Part shown: positions 1-12,276 of the stretch, piece by piece | How the letters are laid out: each line of letters starts with the position of its first letter | Numbering within the stretch: the first letter of the stretch is position 1 | Assembly (NCBI RefSeq): GCF_009914755.1 | Contig: NC_060947.1 | Source of the DNA: the human T2T-CHM13v2.0 reference genome, Homo sapiens | Strand: one strand, 5' to 3' | DNA length: 64,000 nucleotides | Position numbers and translations under genes: made by a program | Notes under the pieces: generated by a model | Told to the model about the DNA's origin: nothing | Databases searched by the model: none | Seen by the model: only the letters and a program-made list of their open reading frames with translations

Positions 1-2199
1 TCTGTCCTCAAAGAGCCATTAGTCTGGTGGAAGTTTCTCATTTGAGTCACTTCTGTTACAATTTAATTCTCTTCTTGCATCTGACCTACATTTAATAGTC
101 TAAAAAAATTGACTTTTGGACCTTGTTTATACAATCATCGAAACTGCTTGGCTACTCCAAGTTTTGACTCATACCAGTTACTTTTTGAGCCTGTTAAGGA
201 TTGTGTACTTACACAATTAAGCTCGTTTCCCTTAAGAATGGAGAAAAAGATCCAAGTCCAATATATTGGCAATGAACAGTAACTGGTTACTGGGAAAGGA
301 TGAGTCAACTGCAAATTTTTGATGAGCTAATTCATGCTAGAATGTTCAGTTATGGTTCTCTCTAGGCATTCCCCCAACCCTGGGTAAGATGTGGATACCT
401 AGAAAGGACCAAAACTGAATCTGAGAGAATAAATCTCTAATAGCGGACATTCTCATATCCCTTAAAATCTAGTGAAATATATCGAAGGCCTTTGATTGTC
501 CTTTTGAATCACCCTTTGTATGTAAACCATCTTTAGAATTCTGTCTCTATCTCCCTATAGTTCATCTTCCCATTATGCGAATTACCCTTTAAAAAAAATG
601 AGCTAAGTTTGTTCAAGCTCAGTCAAAAGTAAAACACATAAAGAAATAAGGCTGATGGCTGTGTTAAAGAGAGTTTCTGTCACAACCCTCAAAGAGACAA
701 AGAGACAAAATGTTTCTCTGAAGACATCTAGGAGGAACAGCTAGTGAAAGTCCTGTATTCTCCTCCCTCACAAAAAGGCCTTTCTTTTTATCCTCCAAAT
801 CCATCCCACCTCCCACACAGAAAGGCAGGACTAGTGGCAAGTTTCAGCAGGAATGCAAATTGAGGGATGTGTACAGGAAGACAGAAATAGACTGTATAAA
901 ATGGCAGACAGTGTGATTGCCTGGAACGAGCTCAACTCAAAGCTTTCCACTTCAAGCAAAGCAGCCCCTTTTTATATTCACCTCTTGCATAGGCTGCTGG
1001 GATCAGAATTCCAGTTTTCAATGGTTTATAGCAGCAGGACAACCTGTTGGAGGGCCAAAGGCCCCCTTCTCACTGTACCTCTTACTGAAATAGGTAGTAG
1101 GATTCACGCCAGAGGGAAAGGAACCTTAGCTGGACAGAACTTGCATGATGAGATTTCCTAATCCCAGTAAGGACCAGGCCTGTTGCAGCCTCTACAAAGC
1201 AACCCACAGCACTAAGCGAAGAGACAAGCTGCAGCCTTTTCAGTCTAATTTTCTTTGCATTTATAGTAGATCAACAGTTGTTTAACCTACACATAGTTGA
1301 AAGAAAGAGTTTGGATGAATTTCATTTTCTAGTAATTGGAGGCTAGCCTTCTAAAAAGTTCACATATTTTGGTTCTTAATCTTGTTAAAGAAAAAGATTT
1401 TTTTTTAAATTGAACCCCTGTTTGTCATTCTCTTATTAAGGTAGAAAAATATTTTTAAATTATTGCTACATTTTTAGGATCATGTCTTTGTATCCACCCA
1501 GAGTCTAGCACAAGACTGGGCACTGGTAAGTCCACAAAAAATTCTTTTGTTTTTAAAATTCCAATGAATCATCATTTTGTGGTATTTTGTGTGTGTCTAC
1601 ATAGCTGATATCCTCTCTTTTTCAAACATATACAGCCTGAAATACATCTATTATTAATCTAATATCTTTAATTTCTTAATTAAAGATAACATTTGCCTTT
1701 AATGGGTAAAAGTTCATTAATATCTTTAATGTCTTGATATTATTTCCTGTTTTGCTTATCATCTCTGTCACTAACAGTCACTGACCTATGCCCTAATCAG
1801 AAATTCAAGGGCAGATGTGCATTCTTCTGGTCATTTTTGTACTGAGGCTACACTTTAGCCATCCAAATTCAGCTCAGAGGAGATGAAGTACAGCAAAGAG
1901 AAGAACACAGAGCCAAGAGAAGGGGAAAGGAAGACAGACAAGGGAGGGCCATCCAAAATGCTTATTGGGCCATGGTTCAGAGAAAACTGCCTTCCTAGAC
2001 TTGGCTCACTTTCTAGGCCAGGCTTCTGTCAATAACACATTTATTGGCCATCCTGACTTCAGCCTCTGATTTGCCCAATTCAAATATACTTTTTCCAAGA
2101 AACAGATCTCCTAGTCATGGCCCCTGACCATTACAAACAATACTGTTGAAAGGTCCGAGTGAAAGAGGCCATTTTCTCCAAATGAGTCACCACCACCTG

Positions 2200-2460
2200 G
2201 AAAGTTCTTGGAAAATGGAAGGGGTGCCAGAAGGCTAAAGACAAGGAAATGTTGTCCTAATTTTTGCAAAGGGGAAGAAGTATATCTCAGGAAATATAAA
2301 CCAATAGTTAACTTGATGCCGATACCCAGATAAAAATTTTAAAAGGGATATTAGAATACAGTTTTTGAGGACTCAAGAAAAATTATAATCAGTATACACA
2401 AATAAGGGTTGATGGAAGGCATGCCCTGCCAACTTTTCTTTTGATAACTATACTAGACAT
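2200..2460 (+). mobile_element. L3/CR1 LINE ORF2 (RT) fragment
   Basis: Translates as WKMEGVPEG*RQGNVVLIFAKGKK..SGN, resembling the CR1 RT motif VPEDWRxANVVPIFKKGKKxDPGNYRP. Confidence 0.75.
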
Positions 2461-3039
2461 CTAGGAGTGGGCATGGCCTGGGTTAGGACTGGCAAAACAT
2501 CTCCCTTCAGAGTCCATGGCAGAAATCATTAACCCCTCACAGCACTCTTGTCATTGAGTTCTTATTCAACCTCACATTCCTTCTCAGTAAGCAGTCACAG
2601 CAGACCAATCTGCTGTCCCAGGCTCAGGGCCTGGGGATGCAGAGAATACAGAAGATCCTTAGGGAATGTACAACATAGTAGAGAAAGTATGTAGGTATTA
2701 TAATTTTGTTATCTTACAGAAATGGGACCTATCTATTTTGTTCTAAGGACGGGGAGTGAGAGCTTAGGAGCACTTCACAGAGGAGGTGACATTTGAAATG
2801 GGGTTCAATAGTTGAATAGGAGTTCTCCAAGTAAAGGAGGAAAAATGCCATAAAATATGAGTCTGATGTTTTTGAAGTGAGGAGTCAATTATACACTTGT
2901 TGGCAAATTAAACTGACAGTTGAATGTGAAAGTTATAACAAAGAATTATAACTTCAATTGAACAGTCCTGTCAAAAGAATCAAAATCAATCAAAAGATTG
3001 ATGTTGAATGACAGAATCAAGATTTAGAAAGTTTCTAAA

Positions 3040-3150
3040 CTTTGCGAGACTGAGGCAAGAGGATTACTTAAGGCCAGGAGTTTGAGACCTCACTATATAA
3101 ATGGGCAATATAGCGAGATTCCTGTTTCTACAAAATACACATAAATAAAA
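3040..3150 (+). mobile_element. FLAM/Alu monomer fragment
   Basis: gaggcaagaggattacttaaggccaggagtttgagacc...gggcaatatagcgagattcctgtttctac followed by an A-rich end. Confidence 0.7.
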
Positions 3151-3706
3151 AGCTGATAACAAAAGAAAGTTTTTAAAAGCCAGAACTTTGGGGCCAAAGC
3201 AAAAGATTTTTAAAGCCCCTTTGGGTTCTGGGAGAGATTACATGTAATATATTTAATAATTGTAAGTTTTCACATTTAGATTTTTAATATTAAACTGTAT
3301 ATGGTAGAGAAAAATAGATATTAACAGTAGTTCTAGGATTTTAGTTGAGCCCAAGGTTATTATGAATCATCAAGATGGGTACAGTGGTTAATAGTGAGAA
3401 ATAGCATGACATAGTGCAAAGATCTCTGAAATGGGAAATAGGAAACCCAAGTTTAGGTCCATCTAGTCCACTAAGTAACTATGTAACCTTGGTAAGTCAT
3501 TTTTTCTCTCAGGATCACACTGTCCCCTGAAGAACTTGGACTCAATTCGTGGTTTCAAACTATGTTCTTTGGTTCCTTAGGATTCCTCTTTGGCTACCTT
3601 TGGGGAGAAGAAAGATGTTGAAATGATGAAGGCTCTGCAGCCTCTCACTCTCTTCATTTCAATGAGAGGAATTCTACTTTTAACTGTTTTAAGAATTGGA
3701 GTTCTG

Positions 3707-4017
3707 TCCCAGCACAGGGGCTCACACCTGTAATCCTAGCACTTTGGGAGGCCAAGGTTGGGGGAATCACTTGAGCTCAGGAGTTTGAGACCAGCCTGGG
3801 CAACATAGTGAGCTTTTGTCTCTACAAGAAAAATTTAAAAAATTACACGAGCATGATGGTGCATGCTTCTAGTCCCAGCTACTCAGGTGGCTGAGGTGGG
3901 AGGATCCCTTAAGCCCAGGATGTCGAGACTGCAGTGAGCCATGATCGCACCGCTGTACTCCAGCCTGGGCATCAGAGCGAGGCACGTCTCAAAAAGAGAA
4001 AAAAAGAAAAAAAAAAA
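3707..4017 (+). mobile_element. AluJ element
   Basis: Full dimer with J-type right arm (gaggatcccttaagcccagg...gagccatgatc) and poly(A). Left target site aagaattggagttctg at 3691-3706. Confidence 0.92.
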
Positions 4018-4030
4018 GGAGCTGAAGCTC

Positions 4031-4337
4031 TTTTTATTTTTTATTTTTATTTTTGCAGACAGAGTCTCACTCTGTCAGCCAGGCTGGAGTGCAGTGATGT
4101 GATCTTGGCTCACTGCAACTTCTGCCTCCTGGGTTCAAGGGATTCTTCTGCCTCAGCCTCCTGAGTAGCTGGGACTACAGGCGTGTGCCACCACGCCCGG
4201 CTAATTGTTGTATTTTTAGTAGAGATGGGGTTTCATCATGTTGGCTAGGCTGGCCTCGAACTCCTGGCCTCTGGTGGTCCGCCTGCCTCAGCCTCGCAAA
4301 GTGCTGGGATTCCAGGTGTGAACCAACGCGCCCGGCT
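4031..4337 (-). mobile_element. AluS element, inverted and tail-to-tail with the preceding AluJ
   Basis: Poly(T), then cagagtctcactctg...cctcagcctcctgagtagctgggactacaggc...cgcgcccggc. Followed by gaattggagttctg at 4339-4352. Confidence 0.92.
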
Positions 4338-4409
4338 GGAATTGGAGTTCTGACTAAGATTTCATTTCTAAAAAGATTCCATTGCAAAAAACAATTTTAA
4401 ACCATTTAG

Positions 4410-4830
4410 CTCTAACATTGCAGTCTTAGACTACATTGATAGAAGCATTGTGTGCAAATTAATGAAATTAGTTTCTCTATACTCTGCAATGTCAGACAAT
4501 ATTTGAACTCTCACTCAGAACACCATGTTTTGAGAGGAATGTTGACAAAATGAAGTTTATATAGGGAAAGATGACCAACGTGATAAAAGGATCTGGGAAG
4601 TCACACCACATGTTTAAGGTAATAGAGTTGCTTATCCTGGAAGTCAGAAGATGTGAGGAAGGACATGATAACCATATTCAAACATTTCCAGAGTTATCCT
4701 GTAGAAGAAGAATTTGCCTTATTCTGTTTAACTCTAGAAAACCAATTAGAACTACTGGACAGAAAATTTTCAGAACAGATTTTGAGTCAAAACAAGAAGG
4801 AACATTAAACATGTAGCCTTTGGAGAAATG
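4410..4830 (+). mobile_element. L3/CR1 3' ORF2 fragment (continuation)
   Basis: Degenerate CR1-like sequence (gcagtcttagactacattgatagaagcatt..., gacatgataaccatattcaaacattt..., gaagaagaatttgccttattctg). Confidence 0.65.
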
Positions 4831-4859
4831 ATCTTGCCATAAGGACAAAAAATGAGGTA

Positions 4860-6360
4860 TAAAGTTTCCAAAACAGAAGAAAAAATTATCACATCTTCAT
4901 AGTCTGTGATTATCCACTCACAAAATCCCAGAAACGAGCTTTAAAATTGCTGCAATAAGATAGTTCAACAAGGCAAGAGCAACATAAAAAGTAATCGTTT
5001 TTCTATACTCCAGCAATATTCAATTATATAAAAGCTATGAAAAAGTATCACAGTCACAACAGGAAGCAAAATTATAAACGACCTAGGAATAAGTCTACAA
5101 TAAATCTATTATACCTATTTGGTGAAAATTATATAATCTTTACTGAAGAAAATAGAAGATATTTTAATTTTTGAAATACTTTAAACATGTCAGCTCTCCT
5201 TAAACTTGGATATAAAATTCAAAGCAGTCTAAATCAAAATCTCTATAGAACTTTAATGAAAATTGACAATCTGATTCTACAGTTCATAGAGAGGAGAAAA
5301 TGCACAAGAATAGTAAATAACATTTTGAAAAAAAAATCACAAGTGAAGACGTAACAGTAAATTATACAAATAGATTATAGTATCTAAAACAGGATGGTAT
5401 TAGGCCAGGAGCAGGCAGAAATAAATCCATGGAACAGAGATTATGGATGAATAGAGAGTCCAGAAACAGAACAATGTACACATGGAAGTTTATTGTGTGA
5501 TCAAGGTGGCATCAGTGGAGAAACAATTATTTTATAAATTGGATTCAGAGATTGCCTATTTGAAGAAAAGGTAGATTACCCCCCAACTCTCACCAAACAC
5601 CAAAAATAGAGATAAGCATAATAGGAAAAACAATAAGCGTATTTGAAGAAAATATAGATGAATTTTTTTATCATCTTTGGGTAAGAAAGGCATTCTTCAG
5701 CAAGACCCAAAACCGAAGCCATAAAATTAAGGAATACTTTTGATTATGCCAAAATCTAAAACTTTTATACAAAAAAGATGTGGTAAATAAATTAAAAACA
5801 CAAGGTACAAAATGAAAGAATATTTGCAACACATTCAACAAAGAATTACCTTCTAAAATACATCATATACATTTTTAAAAAGAACAAACAGTCCAATAGA
5901 AAATGGGCAAAATAAATAGGCAGTTAATTACTTAATTAATTAATTTGAACATGCTGAAAATTATGCTCACTCAACTTTGACAGTATCAGGACAATGCAAA
6001 TGAAAGCAGCAATTTTATTATTGTTTACCCACCAGACTAGTACAAATTTGCAGGTTGATGAGTAGTGTTGTTGAAGGTATGAAAAACAGCACTCTTAAAC
6101 ACTATGGGTATAAGTATACATTTATAAAGCCTTTGGGATGGAAATTTGGCAGAATCTATCAAAATGGAAAATACCGTTTGATCCAGTAATTCTTCTAGGA
6201 ATCTATTTAATAGACAATATGTGTACAAAAATGCCTATTGCAGTATCGTGTGTAATTGCAAAAATTGGAATCAACCTAAATATGCAACAATAGGGAATTG
6301 TTTAATAAACTACAATATATCCATACTATAGAATATTATACAGCTGTTAAAAGAATGCAG
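4860..6360 (+). mobile_element. Old L1M (ORF2 end / 3'UTR) fragment
   Basis: A-rich strand with degenerate L1 motifs (ctaggaataagtcta, gacaatctgattcta, ccaatagaaaatgggcaaa, ccagtaattcttctaggaatctat). Confidence 0.75.
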
Positions 6361-6975
6361 GGGTTGCAGCACTGTTCACAATAGCAAAGACTTAGAAGCA
6401 ACCTAACCATCCCTCAATGGATGAATGAATAAAGAAAATGTGGTACTTTACAATGAAGTACTATTCAGTCATAAAAAATAATTAGAACCTGTCATTTGCA
6501 ACAGCATGGATGGAATTGGTGGTCATTATGTTAAGTGAAATAAGCCAGGCACAGAAAGACAAACATTGCATCTTCTCATTTATTTGTGGGATCTAAAAAT
6601 CAAAATAGCTGAACTCATGGAGATAGAGAGTAGAAGGATGGTTACCAGAGACTGGGAAGGGTAGTGGGGGTGGGGTTGAGATGGGGATGGTTAATGGGTA
6701 CAAAAAAATAGAAAGAATGAATAAGACTTACTATTTGATGGCACAACAGGGTGACCATAGTCAACAATAATTTAATTGTACATTTAAAAATAACTAAAAG
6801 AGTATAATTGGATTGTTGTAACACAAAGGATAAATGCTTGTGGGGATGGATACCCCATTCTCCATGATGTGATTTTTACACATTGCATACCTGTATCAAA
6901 ACATCTCATGTACCCCATAAATATATATAACTACTCTACACTCACAAAAACTAAAAATTAATTAAAAAATTAAAA
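6361..6975 (+). mobile_element. L1MA 3' end inserted into the older L1
   Basis: L1MA-type 3'UTR (gaaataagccaggcacagaaagacaaac; ggggatggataccccattctccatgatgtg). TSD aaaagaatgcag at 6349-6360 and 6973-6984. Confidence 0.85.
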
Positions 6976-7118
6976 AGAATGCAGTGGAAATATATTCACC
7001 CACATAGAAAGAGCTCTAAATGGTACAAAAGTAGATTACAGGAAAATAGAGATTATGTGATTCAATGTATTTAAGTAGAAAAGATATATTTATACACCTC
7101 TCTGTCTGTATATGTAAA

Positions 7119-7333
7119 TGAAGTTTTCTCAACCTCGGTGCTCCTGACATTGGAGGCTGCATAATTCTTTTTTGTTTTGGAGATCACTTTAAGATGTTCA
7201 GCAGCATCCCTCCCTGGCTTCTACCCACTAGGTGCCAGTAGCGACCCACCCCAAACTGTGATTACCAAAACTGTCTCTATATATTTCCAAATGTCCCCTT
7301 GAGGGGCAAAACAGCTTTGGCTGAGAAACACTG
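7119..7333 (+). mobile_element. MER20 (hAT-Charlie MITE)
   Basis: ttttctcaacctcgg...cagcagcatccct...ctacccactaggtgccagtagc...aatgtcccct...gagaaacactg. Confidence 0.8.
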
Positions 7334-9044
7334 ATATCAGTGTACAGAAAAGTGCTAGAAGAATGTGCATGAAACAATTAACAATGGTCACCTCCAGTGA
7401 GAGAAAGAGGCAGCGGGGAAAGAGAGAAGAGAGAACTTTTACATATTCTCTACATACTTTTGGATTGCTTTAATTACCTAAAAGTGATAATGAACTAATA
7501 TATTATGTGTACTTAAAAAAATAATAAGGAACAATGAGCTTTCTGTCTCTGGAGATGTTCAGAGTTTAAAGAATCACTAGTAAGAGGAATTTTTGTTTTG
7601 CATGGGACATGAGACTGGGTGATCCCATAAAGTTTACTCTTTAGCCTCAAAAAGTTGTATACTTCTAAGGAGAGAATTGCCAGACTTCATTTACTCTCAC
7701 TTCGAAACAGTTGAAACAGTTTGATTTTTGGTTTTATTAATTTCACCTAAACTCCTAAACTGTTACCATTATTTCAATATTAGGTCTATTGGGAACTATC
7801 TCCCTGTAAAAAGGGAAAAATAAACCAATCCCAAATACCCAACAAACAACGAAGTTATTTTCCATCAAAGGCTCATTTGTAGCTTCTTGTTTCCTCTATA
7901 ACTGGCTTTAAATCATCTGTACATTTCATTTACAGTAAAATTTACAGCTACAATGCACAATGTTAATCTAGGGTTTACCCTTATCATAGCAGACTTGTTC
8001 TTGTCCCTCAATGAATAATGGTAAATATAAGCATGAAAATGAAATTAGTGATACCCAAGCCAACTGCTTTATCTAGTTCCTGAGTTATGGGATTAGCAAT
8101 TGTCTCACTGGAAAACTCTCGGTTGGTTTTCATGAATTAGGGCTATTCCAATTAGTAACAACTGTGAAGCTGCTGTGGTAAAAGCATTTGTGGGTTCAGC
8201 TTGCTCCTTGTTTCTGCATCAGGATCCTGGGTCATATGAGAGGGACTGGGGATTCAGTTGGAATCTTATTTTTGCTATCAATGGACAGAGGTATAAGGCC
8301 TTTCAAGAATTCAGGACAACAGATAAGAGGTCAAGAGAAGGATTGTGAAAAAAGAGCAAGGTTTGAAAAGAGGTGAAATGAGATGGATGAAAAAAGATGG
8401 AGAAAAAACCATTGCTTGAGTTCATAAGAATGCCCTTGAATCAGAGCTTGAGTCGAAGTTTCCTCAAAATACTATCTTTGTTCCATTTTCAGCATCTTTG
8501 CAACACCCTTCATTCTTCATCCTCTCCTCCTTGCATGTCAATTCTCTTCAAAAGTGATATATTGGCAATATATCACTGGAGCAATTATGATACAAGAAAT
8601 GCGCTAGTGTGTCTTTGTTTCAAATTTAATGGAAATGCAGTCCCCAAGCCATTCAGTTCCCCCACCATCCTAGCTCCACAACTCATTGGCGTAGTTTTCC
8701 TCCTAGCCTCCAAAGAACGAGATGGTGCTGTGCCTGCTAATGAGCATCTGTCTTGGAGAAGACAGTGGCTTTGAGATCATGGGAAAACAGTAAACTATCA
8801 AAGGCAGGTTTCATCCTCAGTCATTCCCAACCTTCCTAGGTTAGAAGGCACTGTTGGCAGATTCAGGGGATGCCTGGGGCTAGAGACAGCCTTATGCAAA
8901 GGTGGACTGTAGAGTCTCAGGGTGAGATGTCTCTCCTGTGAAAGTAGAGAGATGAGGAGATTCCCTGTCTCTCACAAATGCCTTTCCCCATCCTCCTGCC
9001 TAAATATCTGGCTTTCCTCCATCCTAAGAACATCAGAGCCACTA

Positions 9045-9300
9045 CTGTTTGTTTATTTAGTCAACAAATGCTATTTATTAGCACTTATGTGATAGATACC
9101 TGTGCTAAGTGCTGGGAATTCACTAATGAACAAAATAAAAGTTAAAAAAAATAGATTTGGCTCCTGTTCTCATGTTGTTTACAGGCTGGTAGAGGAGACT
9201 GATATTGACCAAATAGTCACCCAAACAAATGTAAAGTTACAACTGTGGTAAGGCTACAAGGTGAGGTAATTGGTGCATATGACAAAAGAATATGATATAG
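9045..9300 (-). mobile_element. L2 3' fragment
   Basis: tcaacaaatgctatttattagcactta...tgtgctaagtgctggg...aatgaacaaaa is the reverse complement of an L2 3' end. Confidence 0.65.
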
Positions 9301-10519
9301 ACCATTTATCTACCTATCTCCCACCTTACCTTCCACTCACTTAGAAAAGACCATCACCTTGTTAATGGGCAGGAAGAGCCTAACCTGCCTAAACTCAGGC
9401 TAAGGGACAGAAAGCCCTGCCCTTTCCCTGACACCTCTTCTGTAACTGGTGTGAACAGTTTTGACTCTGTCTGCTTCACCACAGAACACAAGCCAATGGG
9501 GAGGGTGATCAGGCAGAAGATGTCCCCCAGCCATTGGGGGAAGGGAGGCAGACAAACAACATGTTGGTAGCAGGAATTTAAAGTGTTTTAAATCTGTAGT
9601 CCTCCAGCAGAGAACAAGGCCCCAAGAAAACAGTTCAAGAGGGTGTATGGGATGGGAGCAACCAACAGTGCTGCAGGGGATGAGAAAGGCCAGATTGGGT
9701 ATGGCCTGATTTAGCCATACCCAATCTGGCCAAAGCCTTGTTCTGTTTGAGTTTTTGGAACCCCTTCTTCTGATCCTGCAACTCACCACCACTGAATTAA
9801 TCATCTTCTTCACCACAAAGGGGCATGTCCTACAAACCTCCTAGTTTCAAATAATGCTGAACATTCTTGAAGAAGCTTTCCATCTAGTTTTATTCTTTAG
9901 CCACCGCATTTCACATATTATACATTTTCCTTGTCACATCTTTTTTCAGTTTATGCCCAAGGTGGGGAAAAACTAGTTGATAAAACTACCTATTTGCAGT
10001 GGTCACAATCACCCAACCTCATCTTTGGTGCTCTCATTGGCTAGACAACAGATGTTCTCAATGAAGATTAAGTGAAATTTAATGGTACTAATTGCCATTT
10101 GCATGGGCTGCAGATACCATCAGGTTCACACGCTGCCTTTCATGGTCCTTTATGCCTTACTACATATCAGGTTTGTATTTGACTGGAGTGAATCTGACTG
10201 GCAGTACCTGCTGGATGCTCAGCATGAAGACGCAAGCACGGTAAAGGCACACAGGCCAGAGAAACATAGTGCAGTGGTGGAAATAGGGCTGGCTAATTTG
10301 TTTCCTAATAATAACTGCTTTCTAAGTTTCTTAGTAATGGCAAGTAAGGATCATTTTGGACTGGGTGGGACTCAGTATCTGCCTAGGGAGGATATACAAG
10401 ACACTAGGTAGGCTGACTTCTGTGTTTTTATACAAAACTGATCCTTTTCTCTTTTGTTCTTAAAACTATTGGAAGGCCCTTATAATACAAAAGTGAGCAA
10501 AGGAGGTGAACACCACTGT

Positions 10520-11075
10520 TCACACAAGAGAACATGTGACAGTTTCAACAAATACATGAAAAGGTGCACAATCTAATCAGTAACAAGGTAAATGCAAAGT
10601 ATATAAGAAAGATACTATTTCTCAACTATCCGATTGGCAAATGTGGAAAACAAAGATAAGTATCGGGTATTGGTGAGGATGTCAGGAAATTAAATCTGTG
10701 GACATTCTGGAGGTCAGTTGATAGTAGCTGATAAAATTTTAAACATGTGTGTTCCATAAACCAGCATTTTTTAATTTCCATACCTACTCTAGAACACCTT
10801 TGCAAGCATGTTCAAGGAGATGTGTACAATATACCATTTTTTTGTAATAGCCTCAAACTGGAAGCAACCTAAATTTTCATCAGTAGGAAAACAGATGAAC
10901 TACAGAATAACTATCAAGTTGTAAAAAGAATGAGATAGTTTATATTTTGTATGACTGCACATAATATACGTGTAAATGCATAGACAAGCTCTGAAAGGCC
11001 ACAGTCACAAAAGTGGTTACCCTTGGGAAGTGGACTGAGGTGGGAGAAGCTGGGTTAGTCAAAGACATTTTCAGT
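10520..11075 (+). mobile_element. Old L1ME-like 3' fragment
   Basis: caacaaatacatgaaaaggtgcacaatctaatcagtaacaaggtaaatgcaa...ttggtgaggatgt...aaactggaagcaacctaaa. Confidence 0.65.
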
Positions 11076-11085
11076 CTTATTTATC

Positions 11086-11428
11086 TTGTTTTGTTTTGTT
11101 TTGTTTTGTTTTGAGACGGGGTCTCACTCTGTTGCCCAGGCAGGAGTGCCATGGTGCGATCTCACTGTGAGGCTCACTGCAGCCTTCACCTCCTGGACTG
11201 AAGAGAACCTCCCACCTCCACCTCCCAAGCAGATGGGACTGCAGGCGCACACCACCAAGCTCAGCTAATTTTTGTATTATTATTATTATTATTATTTTTA
11301 TTTTTATTTTGGAGAGACAGGGTTTTGCCATGTTGCCCAGGCTGGTCTTAAACTGCTGAGCTCAAGTGATCCACCTGCCTCCACCTCCCAAAGTGCTGGG
11401 ATTACAGGTATGAGCTACCATGCCAGGC
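11086..11428 (-). mobile_element. AluJ element with (TTTTG)n tail and (TAT)n linker
   Basis: Antisense Alu dimer. TSD agtcttattt at 11073-11082 and 11431-11440. Confidence 0.9.
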
Positions 11429-11544
11429 ATAGTCTTATTTGTGATACTGTAATATTTTATAAGCAGAACTGTTCACTCATTATTTATGTAATTAAAAATT
11501 AATTTAAAATTATATTAAAATTTTGTGTGTGTGCTTTTTAATTT

Positions 11545-11865
11545 TTTTAAAATTAAAAAAAACTTTGTGGGTACATAGTAGGTGTATATATTTATGGGGT
11601 ACATGAGATGCTCTGATACAATCATGCAATGTGAAAAAAAGCACATCCTGAAGAATGGGGTATCCGTCCTCTCAAGCATTTTTCCTTTGAGTTACAAAGA
11701 ATCCAATTGCACTCTTTAAGTTATTTTAAAATGTATAATGAAGTTATTATTTACTATTGTGGTATCAAATAGTAGTTCTTATTTATTCTGTTTTTTGTAC
11801 CCATTAACCATCCCCACCTCCCCCGCTTCCAGTCCCCCACTACCCTTAACAGCCTCTGGTAATAA
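11545..11865 (-). mobile_element. L1MA 3' end
   Basis: gtgggtacatagtaggtgtatatatttatggggtacatgagatg...gaatggggtatcc...gtacccattaaccatcccca. Confidence 0.85.
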
Positions 11866-12053
11866 TTAAAAATTTTAAAGGCAATATAGTTATATTAGAA
11901 CATTTATAAACAAGAAAAAAAGAAAACAAAGATGTATAGTCCTGCCACCTGGACAAATCCACTATTATAAGTGGGTGTGTTTTCTTCTAGTCTTTTTATC
12001 TTTACATTGTATATAATTGTTATCTATAATTTGTATCTTGCTTCTTTGTTTAA

Positions 12054-12276
12054 CACTGGGTTTCTCAGCCTTGGCACTATTGACATTTTTGGGTCAGCTC
12101 ACTCTTTGCTGTGGGGTTGAGGGGCTGTCCTGTGCATTGTAGAATGCTAAGTAGCATCCCGGGCCTCTACCCACTAGGTGCCAGTAGCACACCCACAGTC
12201 ATGACAATAAAAAATGCCTCTGGACATTGTTAAATGTCCCCTGTTGGACAAAACTGCTCCTGGTTGAGAACCATTG
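12054..12276 (+). mobile_element. MER20
   Basis: ggtttctcagccttggcactattgacatt...gggctgtcctgtgcattgtag...ggttgagaaccattg. Confidence 0.85.

Noticed and set aside
853-1161. 102-aa ORF, and similar 100-140 aa ORFs at 8397, 9400, 10082, 20704, 23580 and 41034
   Set aside because: No recognisable domains, splice context or coding-like composition. Such ORFs are expected by chance in 64 kb with permissive start codons.
6361-12276. Two L1MA 3' ends each followed by a MER20, suggesting a local duplication
   Set aside because: The L1MA copies are in opposite orientation while the MER20s share orientation, and the flanks are unrelated. These are independent insertions.
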